A DNA stretch of 64,000 bases from Nitrosopumilus sp. (lineage in GTDB: Archaea > Thermoproteota > Nitrososphaeria > Nitrososphaerales > Nitrosopumilaceae). A program made the position numbers and the translations under genes. Shown here piece by piece: positions 28,067 to 38,102 of the stretch. Below the pieces are notes generated by a model that saw only the letters and a list, made by a program, of their open reading frames with translations, searched no databases and was not told where the DNA came from. The DNA is taken from positions 192,001 to 256,000 of the forward strand of contig CBDBLO010000002.1 in assembly GCA_965207075.1 (NCBI GenBank), in the 5' to 3' direction. Position 1 is the stretch's first letter, and the number at the start of each line of letters is the position of its first letter.

Positions 28067-28374
28067 TACTCTTCCTGCTTTTCCTTTTTGCTCTTCTGCC
28101 ACCAGTTCAGGTAGTCGTCCTGCCTGTCCTCGCGCGTCTTCTCACGCTGGTTCAGCTTGTACCTGATGTCCGACACCTGCTCCCTCGTGGCGTACAGCCC
28201 GCACCGCTTGCATATGAAGTGCTTTGTGGCCGTGTCGAGCTTCATGGGAATCTCGATCTGGTCGAACAGCTTGTACAGGTCGTCCCTGCCCCTGTCCTCC
28301 TCGGGCGTCTCCTCCTCGTACTGCTCCTGTATCTTCCTCTTCTCCTTTGCCGCGCATTCCGGACAGTTGGGCAT
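28066..28374 (-). CDS. Small zinc-ribbon protein
   Basis: CPEC...CKRC; start ATG 28374. Confidence 0.75.
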   Translation of the reverse strand: MPNCPECAAKEKRKIQEQYEEETPEEDRGRDDLYKLFDQIEIPMKLDTATKHFICKRCGLYATREQVSDIRYKLNQREKTREDRQDDYLNWWQKSKKEKQEE

Positions 28375-28822
28375 GTATCTTGACGCCAAATTTTTTCCTT
28401 AAAAAGCCTTACCGATAGCGGTTCGGGCGCGGATACCGTTTCGCGGCTTGTCAGATCGGACGCGCCCGAAGGGCCGCATCAAAATTTGGCGCGGCCCGTC
28501 AGTATTGGCCGTACCCTAATTTTATGCCCACATACTTTTTGAACGGTCTGGGATCTGCCCGGCGCCCCCTAAGGACTGCAACCGGCGCATGCCCGTTGCC
28601 CCTTTCTTACATCTTTCAAAAACGGCGCAGCCCATCTAATGATGCGGGACACGTGGATTCGTGCGCAAACTAGGCATTTGTGGCCATCTCCAATAATAAT
28701 AATAATAATGATAATAGACAGTCCAACGCGCGGCTCATCTCGTCATCCCTTTCGGTCCGTTCGCCCATCGAACATTGCCGCGCGCCGGACCTACGTCGGC
28801 CATGCGCCGCGTCTTATTATCC

Positions 28823-30112
28823 CTATTCCCCGAGGATGTCAGACGCGATTTTGGCCGCGTTCTGGGCCCCGCTCCCGTCAAAGTTCCTGGAGAACTCTGA
28901 CAGTCTGTCTGCGTACTCGGATCTGTTGCGCCTTATGTCGCGTATGGCCTCGATGATCTGTCCCGTGTTGTTTGCCAGGGCCCCGAGTCCGCGCTCGTGG
29001 GCCCATCTTATGTTGTTCGTGTGCTCGTCGTATATGGGGACCCCTATGATGGGCTTTGCCTTGCCCCCCATTATCTCGCCCATTACCGTGTGCGAGCCGT
29101 TGATCACGGCATAGTCGCACGCGTCAAGCACCGCGTCCTTGTCGTTCTCGGCCAGGAAGCCCACGTCGATCTGGATCCAGTCCACTCCCCTGTCGGCGGC
29201 CTCTGCGATGGTGTACCTCCTGCCGTCCGTACCGGTCACCGAGTCGATGCTGCCGTCGTTTCTTGCATGCGAGATTATCCTGCGCTCTGCCCTCATCTCG
29301 TCCCTTGCAAAGGCCTCCTCGTACCTCCTACCGGTCCCGTCGTTGGTGGACCTGTTGCCCGTGCGCATCCAGTACCCAAAGCCTCCCGTGCCGTTCTGCC
29401 CAAGCAGTCTGGCCAGGTTCGTGCCGGACCGCTTCTCTGCTGTAGTCGGTCCTCCGCCGCCTCCGCCGCCGCGATCCTCTGTAAAGTGGCCCACGTACAC
29501 GACCTTTTCCCTCTTGACCTCGTCTGGAAAGTTGAGGTTGTGCTCGCATATGGTGTGCGGCGGCGGCGAGTCGGCCACTAGGATCTTGGTGGCCTTTGCT
29601 ATCTGCCTTGCTATGAATGCGACTGCGGGGTACAGGTATGCCCGCGTTCTGTACAGTCTGGGCCTGAACTGGTTTGTGACGAACAGGCACGGTATGTCCC
29701 TGTTGCGTGCAAGTATGTTTGAGCCCACGTCGCCGTCGTTTACCACCAGGTCAAACTTCTGCGCGTCGTACAGCCTGCGCTCCTGGCGCAGGTAGTTGGC
29801 AATCTGGGATACGAGGGCCGGGTTTCCCTCCACTGGGAGCAGCAGATTTGCAAGCGACCTTGAGAGGCTGGGGCCCATGTCGCCGTCTATCGGGGTCGGC
29901 ATCAGAATTTCGTGTATCCTGTCGGTTTGGCCCCCATCCGCCCCAAAGCGCTCAAGAAGCCTCTGGTATATACGGCCCTTGCTTGAGTAATGAACCTCCG
30001 CCGCCGCCGCGCCGCCGCCGCCCATCCGCGCCGCCAGCGCCCTGTCAAACCTCATCATTCTAGAGTAGTGGCCGCCCCCCCACGGGTAGATGAACTGTCC
30101 TATCTTGCGCAT
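28823..30112 (-). CDS. Glycosyltransferase (GT28/MurG-like)
   Basis: WGGGHYSR, DLVVND, INGSHTVMGE, PIYDEH. Start ATG 30112. Confidence 0.78.
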   Translation of the reverse strand: MRKIGQFIYPWGGGHYSRMMRFDRALAARMGGGGAAAAEVHYSSKGRIYQRLLERFGADGGQTDRIHEILMPTPIDGDMGPSLSRSLANLLLPVEGNPALVSQIANYLRQERRLYDAQKFDLVVNDGDVGSNILARNRDIPCLFVTNQFRPRLYRTRAYLYPAVAFIARQIAKATKILVADSPPPHTICEHNLNFPDEVKREKVVYVGHFTEDRGGGGGGGPTTAEKRSGTNLARLLGQNGTGGFGYWMRTGNRSTNDGTGRRYEEAFARDEMRAERRIISHARNDGSIDSVTGTDGRRYTIAEAADRGVDWIQIDVGFLAENDKDAVLDACDYAVINGSHTVMGEIMGGKAKPIIGVPIYDEHTNNIRWAHERGLGALANNTGQIIEAIRDIRRNRSEYADRLSEFSRNFDGSGAQNAAKIASDILGE

Positions 30113-30159
30113 GAGGCGCCAAGACCACTGCCCGTTTAAATTGTGATCTGCCTGGTGCC

Positions 30160-31332
30160 CTAGGACGACCCGGATGATTCCGGATACAGCGAGTCGAGAA
30201 TGTCGTGCGTGTTGTTTGCGCCCACCCGGACGGTGACCTTCTGGACCGGTTCTGCCTTGGCCGCGCCGTCCTGCCATCCTGTGTCGGCCGTCCCTCCGGC
30301 CGTGGCCGCCATTGCAATCTCCTTCTCCAGCCTCTTGACGCCGGCGTCCCCCAGCACCAGTTCGCGCGCGATCCCGTAGATGCCGTCCTCGCCCGTTCCT
30401 GCAAGGGGCACGAGCGGCGTCATGCCGTGCTCAGTTACGTACAGCACGTGGGCGTCCACGACGTCGGCCGGAAACGCGGCGGGGGGTGTGGCAAGCGCTA
30501 TTCTGGAGCCCGGTCCCTGCATGGCCTGCATGGCCCCGGTGACGGCCCCGACAAAAGCCCGGTATCTTCCACCGGCGCTGCGGCCTCCGCGGTCCCGGCT
30601 GCCGCCGCTCCCCATCCTTACAAACTCCAGCTCGACCTCCTGCCTCAGCATCCTTGGAATCAGCCGGTTCAGCAGCCTTGCCAGGTTCAGCAGCCCCGAC
30701 CTGTTCTTGTAAAAGACGGTTATCGAGACGTCGTATCCCTGGCGCATGCACTCAAGGCACGACGCGGCGGACAGCTCGTCATATACGGCGCACGCCGCGT
30801 CCCTCCGGCCGTCACGCTGGGTCGGCACGCCCCCCGCGCCCCCGTCCGAAAATATGCAGACGTACGCGTTCCTTGGCGTCACGTACGCGTAGATCTCCCT
30901 GTCAAACCTGCTCTCGGTCCCGGGAACCGCCCCCAGCTCCTCCTTTCTCTCTATGATTCTTGACGTGGCGGCCACCTCTGCGTCCTTTGCGATGAACCCC
31001 TTCGTGGTGCCCTCCACCGTAACCAGGAACCGTTCCCCTCTCAGCAGGAGGTTGCCGCCCACCGACACAATCTTGGAGACCAGCTCGTCGAGGCCGTTGC
31101 CGGCCCTTCTTGCTATGGCCACCTTCCTGACCCCGAACAGCAGCCCTATGGCAGACGACGCAAAGACCGGGTCGTTTGCGTGCACCAGTATGATGTCGCC
31201 GTCGCGGCCAACCGACCTGAACTCCTGTCCGCGTATCCTCAGGATTGTCTTGATGTTTGCAGTCAGCTGCGGGATTCTCTTCCGTGCAAACACGGTTGGA
31301 AAGACCAGCACGTACGAGGGGGCCTCTTCCAT
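30160..31332 (-). CDS. THUMP-domain ThiI-like protein
   Basis: ThiI-like N-terminal and THUMP architecture ending GAGGVP; the PP-loop is degenerate. Confidence 0.65.
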   Translation of the reverse strand: MEEAPSYVLVFPTVFARKRIPQLTANIKTILRIRGQEFRSVGRDGDIILVHANDPVFASSAIGLLFGVRKVAIARRAGNGLDELVSKIVSVGGNLLLRGERFLVTVEGTTKGFIAKDAEVAATSRIIERKEELGAVPGTESRFDREIYAYVTPRNAYVCIFSDGGAGGVPTQRDGRRDAACAVYDELSAASCLECMRQGYDVSITVFYKNRSGLLNLARLLNRLIPRMLRQEVELEFVRMGSGGSRDRGGRSAGGRYRAFVGAVTGAMQAMQGPGSRIALATPPAAFPADVVDAHVLYVTEHGMTPLVPLAGTGEDGIYGIARELVLGDAGVKRLEKEIAMAATAGGTADTGWQDGAAKAEPVQKVTVRVGANNTHDILDSLYPESSGSS

Positions 31333-31363
31333 CGCCGTGTTGAGGCCGGTGTGCGTTTTTAAC

Positions 31364-32062
31364 CTAGCGTTGCCTTGTGCTGGCGCCCCCGCCCCCGCCA
31401 GTCACTTGCGCCCGCCCCCTTGCAATGCGCCCCGCGACCAGCATTACGGCGTGGGGATACGCCACGTGCTCCTTTTCGAGTATCCTCCCTGAGAGGGATT
31501 CCTCGGTATCGTCGGGCCTTACCGGCACCGCATACTGCACTATGATCGGGCCCGTGTCGACCCCCTCGTCTGCATAGTGGACGGTGCATCCGGACCACTT
31601 TGCATCGTCCTCCAGCGCCTGCCTCTGCGCGTGCAGCCCCGGATACATCGGCAGCAGGGACGGGTGTATGTTCAGGACGGTGTGCTCTCTGACAATCTCG
31701 GGGGGCACTATCCGCATAAAGCCGGCCATGCAGACTATGTCGGGTTTTAGCTGCCGCAGCCTGGTGGCCAGTTCGCCCATGTCAGATGTGGTGCTGCATT
31801 CTATCCCGTGCCGCCGGGCCGTCTCCATGCCGGGAGCATCGGCCACGTTTGATATGACGTGTCTTACGCTGACGTTGGGTATGCGGCCCGCCTGCACGGC
31901 CCGTATTATCGCCTCCATGTTGCTTCCCCTGCCGGATATGAGGATCACCACGCTCAGCGTGGTGCGCGTCGTAGATGATGATGATGCCGGTGATGATGAT
32001 GACGATAATGATGCCGAGACCTTTTCTGCCTGCCGCCTGGCCACAAGACGGGGCCGGTGCAT
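31364..32062 (-). CDS. purN: Phosphoribosylglycinamide formyltransferase
   Basis: LISGRGSNM, AGFMRI, NIHPSLLP, GCTVH..EGVDTGPII. Start uncertain. Confidence 0.93.
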   Translation of the reverse strand: MHRPRLVARRQAEKVSASLSSSSSPASSSSTTRTTLSVVILISGRGSNMEAIIRAVQAGRIPNVSVRHVISNVADAPGMETARRHGIECSTTSDMGELATRLRQLKPDIVCMAGFMRIVPPEIVREHTVLNIHPSLLPMYPGLHAQRQALEDDAKWSGCTVHYADEGVDTGPIIVQYAVPVRPDDTEESLSGRILEKEHVAYPHAVMLVAGRIARGRAQVTGGGGGASTRQR

Positions 32063-32316
32063 TATGTTATATGCGTTAAGGACGCGCCCACCTCTCACGG
32101 GCCCGTATTCATTGGCAGTCGCGTCTGAACGGCAGGCTTGTTCATGCTCTCCGTGGCCAAGTGATGTTGGGGGGGGGGTCATGTACCTGGGGCCGGCGCC
32201 GGTAGATCGTTTGCAGCAGTGGCCCCGTGATGCCGTTTGGTACGGTCGTGGACCGGATCCTCGGGCTTCCCACGGATTGATGTAATCAATATATAACAAA
32301 CGCGCGGTCTTGGCGC

Positions 32317-33033
32317 ATGCCAAGATTCACCCAGAAGGACATGGACGAGCTGAACTCGTCTATTACCACCGCCGAGGACGCACTCAGATGGGCCTCTGAG
32401 AACCTGCACCCGAGGGTGGCAAAGGCCTCCAGCTTTGGCGCCGAGGACGCCGTCCTGATCGACATCATGCTGAAGATAAACCCGGAGTTCCGGTTCTTCA
32501 CCCTGGACACGGGGAGGCTTCCAAGGGAGACCTACGACACCATCGACAGGATCCGCAAAAAGTACGGCGTGGCGGTGGAGGTGGTGTTTCCCGACGCGGC
32601 CGAGGTCGAGGAGATGGTCAACGCAAAGGGGGTCAACCTGTTTTATGAGAGCGTGGAGAACCGCAAGCTCTGCTGCAAGGTGCGCAAGGTGCACCCCATA
32701 AACCGCATGCTTGCCACGCTTGACGGCTGGATCACGGGCCTGCGCCACGAACAGACGAAGCTGCGCCACGCCGCCAATATGTTCCAGCTCGACGCGGCGC
32801 ACGGCGGCATCGTCAAGATAAACCCCATCATAAACTGGACGTGGGAGGACGTCCAGAACTACATCAAGTCCCACGACGTCGTATACAACGAGCTGCTTGA
32901 CCGGGGCTACCTGAGCATAGGATGCGAGCCGTGCACGCGTCCCGTAAAGCCCGGCCAGTCGCTGCGCGACGGCAGGTGGTGGTGGGAGTCAGGCAGCGAC
33001 TTGGAGTGCGGGATACACGTGGATCCCGTCTGA
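32317..33033 (+). CDS. cysH: APS/PAPS reductase (Fe-S type)
   Basis: SSFGAED, LDTG, CC...[16 protein letters not shown]. Confidence 0.93.
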   Translation: MPRFTQKDMDELNSSITTAEDALRWASENLHPRVAKASSFGAEDAVLIDIMLKINPEFRFFTLDTGRLPRETYDTIDRIRKKYGVAVEVVFPDAAEVEEMVNAKGVNLFYESVENRKLCCKVRKVHPINRMLATLDGWITGLRHEQTKLRHAANMFQLDAAHGGIVKINPIINWTWEDVQNYIKSHDVVYNELLDRGYLSIGCEPCTRPVKPGQSLRDGRWWWESGSDLECGIHVDPV

Positions 33034-33079
33034 TGTAGGTAGGGCGTGGTTTCATATAGAACCCCAAGGGAGCATGTGC

Positions 33080-34249
33080 ATGTCCAAGAACGGCGGGACG
33101 ATCGGGGCGCACGGCGGCAGGCTTGTAAACCGCATGATCGCCCGTGACGACGGCAGCGACGGCTCCGCGTACGGCGACATGTTCTCGCTTCAGATATCGG
33201 CCGATCTGGCAAACGACGTTGAGAACATCGCGGACGGGATCTTCAGCCCCCTTGAGGGGTTTCTGGGACAGGAGGACGTCGAGAGCGTCGCCAAGAGGGG
33301 CAGGCTCGCGGACGACACGGCCTGGACCATACCCATCGTACTTGACGTGACGGAGGAGACCGCGTCTGCAGTGAAAGACGCAGGCGACGTCATGCTAAGG
33401 GATCCGCAGGGCACGGGTATCGCTATACTGCATGCAGAGGAGGTGTACAGGCCCGCAAAGGAGGCGCTGGCCCAAGGCGTCTACGGGACGACTGACAGGT
33501 CGCACCCGGGCGTGGCCCACACGATGTCGCTGCACGACAACTTTGTCTCCGGCGTGATAGACTACGTGCAGAGGCCCGCGGACACGCCGTTGCGCTCGGA
33601 CCGGATGACGCCGGTACAGACGCGCAAGGCCTTTGAGGAGGCGGGGTGGAAGACCATATGCGCGTTTCAGACGAGAAACCCGCCGCACGTCGCCCACGAG
33701 ATGCTGCAGAAGACATCGATTACGACCCGCGACGGCGTCTTTGTCAACCCGCTGGTCGGCCGCAAGAAGAAGGGGGACTTTGTGGACGACGTGATAATAA
33801 AATGCTACAAGGAGATGATACGGCTGTACTATCCGGAGAACAGGTGCCACTTTGCCACGCTCCACACCGAGATGAGGTATGCGGGCCCGCGGGAGGCCAT
33901 ACACCACGCCATAATGCGGCAGAACTACGGCTGCACGCACATCATCATAGGGAGGGATCACGCCGGCGTCAGCTCCTTTTACCATCCGTTTGCGGCCCAG
34001 GAGATATTCTCAGAGTATCCCGAGCTGGAGATACAGCCCGTGTTTTTTCCGGCGTTCTTTTACTGCGGTGAGTGCATCACGTATACCAACGGAAAGTGCT
34101 GCCCGCACGGCGAGGGCTCTAGGGAGCAGATAAGCGGCACCCAGCTTAGGCAGATGATACAGGAGCACAGGCCGCCCTCAAAGTTCGTTCTGAGGCCGGA
34201 GGTATCCAATATAATACTGAACCACCCCAACCCGTTTGTAGAGGAATGA
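33080..34249 (+). CDS. sat: Sulfate adenylyltransferase
   Basis: [34 protein letters not shown]. Confidence 0.95.
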   Translation: MSKNGGTIGAHGGRLVNRMIARDDGSDGSAYGDMFSLQISADLANDVENIADGIFSPLEGFLGQEDVESVAKRGRLADDTAWTIPIVLDVTEETASAVKDAGDVMLRDPQGTGIAILHAEEVYRPAKEALAQGVYGTTDRSHPGVAHTMSLHDNFVSGVIDYVQRPADTPLRSDRMTPVQTRKAFEEAGWKTICAFQTRNPPHVAHEMLQKTSITTRDGVFVNPLVGRKKKGDFVDDVIIKCYKEMIRLYYPENRCHFATLHTEMRYAGPREAIHHAIMRQNYGCTHIIIGRDHAGVSSFYHPFAAQEIFSEYPELEIQPVFFPAFFYCGECITYTNGKCCPHGEGSREQISGTQLRQMIQEHRPPSKFVLRPEVSNIILNHPNPFVEE

Positions 34250-34342
34250 CTTTTGCGCGTACGTTGCAGGCTTACGCGGCAACAACTGCGGCAACCATGA
34301 CAGACTCGGTTCATTTATTCGGGATGGAGGCCGGCACGTGAC

Positions 34343-35062
34343 ATGCGGGTGGCAGGCGTTGCATCGTCGGTGCTTTTGGCCGTTGTGGCGGCCGCGATGG
34401 TACTGTATGGCGCGGACGTGTGGGCCCAGGACCAGGATGCGCAGCAGCAACAACAACACGACACGAAGAACCCGTCACTGGTAATCGAGGCCGTTACGGT
34501 CGACTCGCCAGAGTTCAACCGCGTGCTGCGGGACGCGCCGATCGTAATGCTGGAGCAGCCCCACATCGTAAGCTGGCAGGCCACGATAGACAACGATCTG
34601 GTGTACGCGCACCCCGGGGGCAGCGCCGTGCTCAGGCTGTACGATCAGGAGTCGAGGGACGAGTTTGTAGAGGTCGGGATGGGGGCGAACCCGGACAACA
34701 GGTTCTGGGTGGCAGTCCAGACCCCCAAGGAGGGCTACGTGGTGGTGCACAGGGACGGCGAGCGGGGATGGTACCCGCAGGCAAAGGTCATAGTATCATA
34801 TACCGAAAGGGCGGGAATGACCGTCAACAACGGCGCCCGGATCGTAGTCTCCAACCTCGACATTGGGCTGTTCGCGCCGGATTCGTACTCCGTGCACGGC
34901 ATGGAGGGATCGACTGACCCGCCTGCCACCGTCTCCGGCGACCTGTTCGTGGAGTTCCTGTCAGGCGACCCGTCGCAGAACGCCTTTGCGCTCTTTCCGT
35001 TCTACGTGGCGGCCGGTATAGGCATTATTGTGGGCGCGCTGTACCTGACAAAGAAGCGGTGA
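34343..35062 (+). CDS. Hypothetical exported protein with C-terminal membrane anchor
   Basis: Signal peptide, C-terminal TM helix and KKR tail. Confidence 0.72.
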   Translation: MRVAGVASSVLLAVVAAAMVLYGADVWAQDQDAQQQQQHDTKNPSLVIEAVTVDSPEFNRVLRDAPIVMLEQPHIVSWQATIDNDLVYAHPGGSAVLRLYDQESRDEFVEVGMGANPDNRFWVAVQTPKEGYVVVHRDGERGWYPQAKVIVSYTERAGMTVNNGARIVVSNLDIGLFAPDSYSVHGMEGSTDPPATVSGDLFVEFLSGDPSQNAFALFPFYVAAGIGIIVGALYLTKKR

Positions 35063-35261
35063 CGCGCTCAGTAATGAGGATGAATTCGTCTTCTCGTACT
35101 GCTTTATGTATCAGGGATTCGACCAAGTCAAGATCACGCACGAGGGGCACGTCGTCTACTCTCCGTCAAGGCAGCCAAGTATCGACATGTGGAACACCAA
35201 CGGTGAAGGCTGGTACTCGGCAACGGCCAAAGTATATTACAACTAGACGGACCACGACACC

Positions 35262-35570
35262 ATGACCAAACTCCCCCGCCTTTTTTGGATGATACCGAGC
35301 GTCTGCGCAATGTGCATCAGCGGATTTATCGCCGCGCAGAACCTGACGGCGCAGGTGGATGGTATGATGGGAGGGTGGACCTTGTCCTTTTGGGACAGGG
35401 TGTGGACGGACTGGGGCATCCACCTTAGCTTCACGTTCGTGGCCGTCTTTGGCGTGATATTTGGCGCGATATCCTATGCGGCTGTGCGATACGGCATACT
35501 GACTAGGAACCACGTCATCATAATTCTGATTGGCATCGTGGCGTACACAATCAGCTTGGAATTTGCCTAG
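35262..35570 (+). CDS. Hypothetical three-TM membrane protein
   Basis: Three hydrophobic segments. Confidence 0.6.
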   Translation: MTKLPRLFWMIPSVCAMCISGFIAAQNLTAQVDGMMGGWTLSFWDRVWTDWGIHLSFTFVAVFGVIFGAISYAAVRYGILTRNHVIIILIGIVAYTISLEFA

Positions 35571-35701
35571 ACCGGTTCCACACACCATCCTGCCGAACTC
35601 ACGCAGTTCCCGCCAGGTCAAGCACCTCTCATAGGTTGGACGGGGAGGCGAATATGTAAGCAGGCCGTCACACATCACGCATCTCACGATCCGCGACGGC
35701 C

Positions 35702-36064
35702 TCAGTCTGCGCCAAGCAGGAGTTGCTGGCCTGTCCTGATGGACGCAAACTTGTCCGGATCCAGGATGTGGAGCGGGATGCCTGCGACGGCGCACCCGGT
35801 GGCGACCGTCAGGTCGGCCTCCCTGCATATCATGCCCGCCGGCGCGGCCCCACCCGACTTTAGCGCGTATATCGTATATGCCCCGACGCTGCTTCCCGCC
35901 CCGGACGGAAAGACCAGTATCGCGCCCTTGACGCTCTTCCCGTACAGATCGTGGTTGCGGTCGGTTATCACGCCACTCTTTTTGTCCACCGCCCCGAGAA
36001 AGTTGATCGGCATCTCCGACTTTAGCACCGTGCCTTGGGCCCTGCCCTCCACCAGCACCTTCAT
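35702..36064 (-). CDS. Aconitase X swivel subunit (putative phosphomevalonate dehydratase small subunit)
   Basis: INFLGAVD..G, LVFPSGAGSSVG. Confidence 0.87.
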   Translation of the reverse strand: MKVLVEGRAQGTVLKSEMPINFLGAVDKKSGVITDRNHDLYGKSVKGAILVFPSGAGSSVGAYTIYALKSGGAAPAGMICREADLTVATGCAVAGIPLHILDPDKFASIRTGQQLLLGAD

Positions 36065-37266
36065 TCCGTCTCGTCCTCCAGTATCTTGGCGAGCGGTTTC
36101 AGGTCCACGCCGACGCCGCTTGCGTTGTTCATGTAAAACGCGCCCTTTATGCTGTTGGTGGTTACGGCGTCAACCTTGTCCGAACCGAGCAGCGGCGAGA
36201 GGCACGTGCAGCAGTCGGCCAGGACCTCGCATCCGGCGCGCTCAAGGCCCCGCACGTAGTCCAGCTTCCGGGCCTGCTCCTTTACCGCTCTGGGGCAGAA
36301 CACCATGCACCTTTTCTTGAACGAGCGGCCCCGCAGCCGCTCCAGCAGGTCGGACATCTCCCACAGGCCCAGCTGGGGGCTGCCGAGCGCTATGACGTCC
36401 CCGTTCTCGGCCGTGTCAAGCTCGTCGCGGACCTTCCGCGCCGCATCATCATCAAACTCTACGGTTTCCGGCCTGCCGCCGCTGCCGCCACCGCGGGCAT
36501 CCCCGTCATCCTCCTCTACGAACCGGAACTTGGCGCAGGTGCCCGACGTTCCCATCCCGCCGCACATAGCCTTGCACTGCCTCCTGTCCATTGCGGACGC
36601 GGACACGCCGGATATGTCGACTGAGGACGCGCCGCCCGCCTCCTTCCCCGCAAAGTAGCCCAGCATTCCGTACGTGAGCTCGTCAGGCTCCTTGGCGCTC
36701 ATCCGGACGGTCACGTTGGCTGTTGCCCCCTCCCCCTCCCTGCGCAGGTCCGAGTAGGGGCTCTTTCCCGTAATGGCGCTCGCAAGCGCGCTAAAGGCGC
36801 TCTCCTTGTTCGTCCTTGCTCCCGCAAACGAGTTTGCGTATATCGCCGCGTTGCTCTCCGCGAACGCGATCTGTTCGCCCCGGGGCATCTCGAATATCTC
36901 GTACGGTATGCATGAGAACGACTGCGTCACCCCCATCGCCTCGTACGAGTCAGCTATGGAGGCCTGCCCCGAGACGAACTCGTCGCCGAGGCCGTACTTC
37001 TCCACACTGTCCGCGTCAAATCCCATGGGGTTCAGCGTGGTCTTTACCCTTACCTTGGCGCCCCGCGAGCTTATGCTCCTGAGGAACTCCTCGCCGGCGC
37101 CCCCTATCGTGTTGTAGTTCACGCCTGACAGGTGCGCCCACCTTATCGGTATGAGGCGCTCGGCGTCAGAGGCCTCCCCGGTTGCGACCAGTATGCGGTA
37201 GGCCATCTGCATGATCTCGCCGTGCTCCCCCGCAAGCGCGGCCTCCTCGGACTCTTCAAGGTGCAT
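36061..37266 (-). CDS. Aconitase X catalytic subunit (putative phosphomevalonate dehydratase large subunit)
   Basis: AHLSGVNY, SCIPY, AESNA..YANS, DCCTCLSP, TNSIKG. Start ATG 37266. Confidence 0.88.
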   Translation of the reverse strand: MHLEESEEAALAGEHGEIMQMAYRILVATGEASDAERLIPIRWAHLSGVNYNTIGGAGEEFLRSISSRGAKVRVKTTLNPMGFDADSVEKYGLGDEFVSGQASIADSYEAMGVTQSFSCIPYEIFEMPRGEQIAFAESNAAIYANSFAGARTNKESAFSALASAITGKSPYSDLRREGEGATANVTVRMSAKEPDELTYGMLGYFAGKEAGGASSVDISGVSASAMDRRQCKAMCGGMGTSGTCAKFRFVEEDDGDARGGGSGGRPETVEFDDDAARKVRDELDTAENGDVIALGSPQLGLWEMSDLLERLRGRSFKKRCMVFCPRAVKEQARKLDYVRGLERAGCEVLADCCTCLSPLLGSDKVDAVTTNSIKGAFYMNNASGVGVDLKPLAKILEDETE

Positions 37267-37311
37267 TGCCGTATGTGCCGCTGACAGGTATAATAATACT
37301 ATAAGCGCACC

Positions 37312-38043
37312 GTGCGCGTGAAGAAGATTCTTGACGGGATGATGAGCACGATGAACGCGGTCAAGCCTCCCCGTATGACCGCGCTCAGGGAGCTGCACGA
37401 GGCCGAGACGGGTGGGCCGTTTAGCATACTGATCGGCACTATACTGTCTGCAAGGACCAAGGACGAGAACACCGCAAAGGTGGTCAGGGCCCTCTTTGCC
37501 AGATACCGCGACGCCCGGGAGCTTGCCGGCGCCAAGATCAGGGATGTCGAGCGCATAATCAGGCCCATCGGCTTTTACCGCGTCAAGGCCAGGAGGATAA
37601 TAGAGGTCGCAAAGATAGTGGACTCCGAGTACGGCGGCGTCGTGCCGGAGGACATCGACAAGCTGGTCGGGATGCCCGGCGTGGGGCGCAAGACTGCCAA
37701 CTGCGTGCTCGTGTACGCGTTTGAAAAGCCCGCAATACCGGTCGACATACACGTGCACCGCATATCAAACCGGCTGGGGCTCGTGGAGACGAAGACCCCG
37801 GAGGAGACGGAGCAGGCCCTGATGAAGCTGGTTCCGAGGAGGCACTGGCTGCGCATAAACGACACGTTCGTGATGTACGGGCAGAACATCTGCAAGCCGG
37901 TCTCGCCCATGTGCGGGGTGTGCAGGATACGATCAGACTGCAGGTTTTACCAGACGGGCATGGCCGCGTCAGGGAGCCGCAGCAGGCCCGCCTCCCGGTC
38001 GCGCGCGGGCGCCACATCCGCCGCAAAGGTCAAATTTTCATGA
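37312..38043 (+). CDS. nth: Endonuclease III
   Basis: HhH motif PGVGRKTAN, VDIHVHR, C-x6-C-x2-C-x5-C. Confidence 0.94.
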   Translation: MRVKKILDGMMSTMNAVKPPRMTALRELHEAETGGPFSILIGTILSARTKDENTAKVVRALFARYRDARELAGAKIRDVERIIRPIGFYRVKARRIIEVAKIVDSEYGGVVPEDIDKLVGMPGVGRKTANCVLVYAFEKPAIPVDIHVHRISNRLGLVETKTPEETEQALMKLVPRRHWLRINDTFVMYGQNICKPVSPMCGVCRIRSDCRFYQTGMAASGSRSRPASRSRAGATSAAKVKFS

Positions 38044-38102
38044 GCGATAGGATTAACATGTCCACCTTCATACTTAATATTCGTTCATTTTGCTGAGTGT
38101 GT

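Noticed and set aside
37267-37758. Long extension of the aconitase X ORF
   Set aside because: It overlaps nth on the opposite strand.
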